Shown here: one piece after another, positions 46,751 to 46,767 of the stretch
Numbering within the stretch: position 1 is the stretch's first letter
Layout of the letters: each line of letters begins with the position of its first letter
Source: Methanobacteriota archaeon
GTDB lineage: Archaea > Halobacteriota > Bog-38 > Methanoflorentales > Methanoflorentaceae
NCBI GenBank assembly: GCA_028679495.1
Contig: JAJRBK010000098.1
Coordinates: 1-46,767, forward strand
DNA: 46,767 bases
Reading direction: 5' to 3'
Notes under the pieces: model-generated
What the model saw: the letters and a program-made list of their open reading frames with translations, nothing else
Told to the model about the DNA's origin: nothing
Database searches by the model: none
Program-made: the position numbers and the translations under genes

Positions 46751-46767
46751 ATGCCAAAGCGAGCAGA
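46751..46767 (+). CDS. carB: Carbamoyl-phosphate synthase large subunit, first codons only (runs off the window)
   Basis: ATG CCA AAG CGA GCA encodes MPKRA, the conserved CarB N-terminus (MPKR.D). It begins 31 nt after the carA stop. Confidence 0.7.

Overview
This window is an archaeal, euryarchaeote-type chromosomal segment that is densely coding and mostly housekeeping. No rRNA, tRNA, CRISPR array, transposase or integrase was recognisable by eye.

Gene content, left to right:
- CoA synthesis: pantoate kinase and coaBC.
- argH, gatD, gatE and an M20 deacylase.
- A membrane protein, citramalate/isopropylmalate synthase, TatD and an NYN-domain protein.
- A 17-gene minus-strand block (11.9-24.7 kb). 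It contains the classical archaeal exosome/proteasome/RNase P/ribosomal superoperon (rpl15e, COG1325, rnp3, rnp2, psmA, SBDS, rrp4, rrp41, rrp42, rpl37ae, rpoP, pcc1, pfdB), followed by an OBG-type GTPase, mptE, ileS and nikR. rpoP is missing from the ORF track and was found by hand.
- A looser, more accessory-looking stretch (24.7-28.5 kb): a 452-nt noncoding gap, a winged-helix protein, a Mut7-C nuclease, a sugar-phosphate isomerase and a clearly AT-shifted nucleotidyltransferase-cupin gene.
- iscA-like, thermosome, a COG1395-type regulator, tiaS, a DHH phosphoesterase, queC, acylphosphatase, a PoxB/ALS-family TPP enzyme and a stand-alone glutamate-synthase FMN domain.
- A patch of orphan small proteins (38.7-41.0 kb).
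- The nitrogen cluster amt-glnK and glnA.
- A degraded locus that is a truA 5' remnant fused to a frameshifted lectin-like beta-propeller fragment.
- carA and the first codons of carB.

Observations most worth a second look:
1. GGAA-N6-TTCC (NrpR-type) operators sit at identical spacing from TATA boxes in front of amt-glnK and glnA. A third, orphan copy of the same extended motif lies downstream of glnA.
2. The three-frame truA::propeller mosaic.
3. The winged-helix protein and Mut7-C nuclease form a gene pair behind an unusually long noncoding region.
4. The orphan small-ORF patch lies next to the nitrogen genes.

I did not find a clear, self-contained novel multi-gene system. All function calls rest on motif recognition and synteny, not on database searches.
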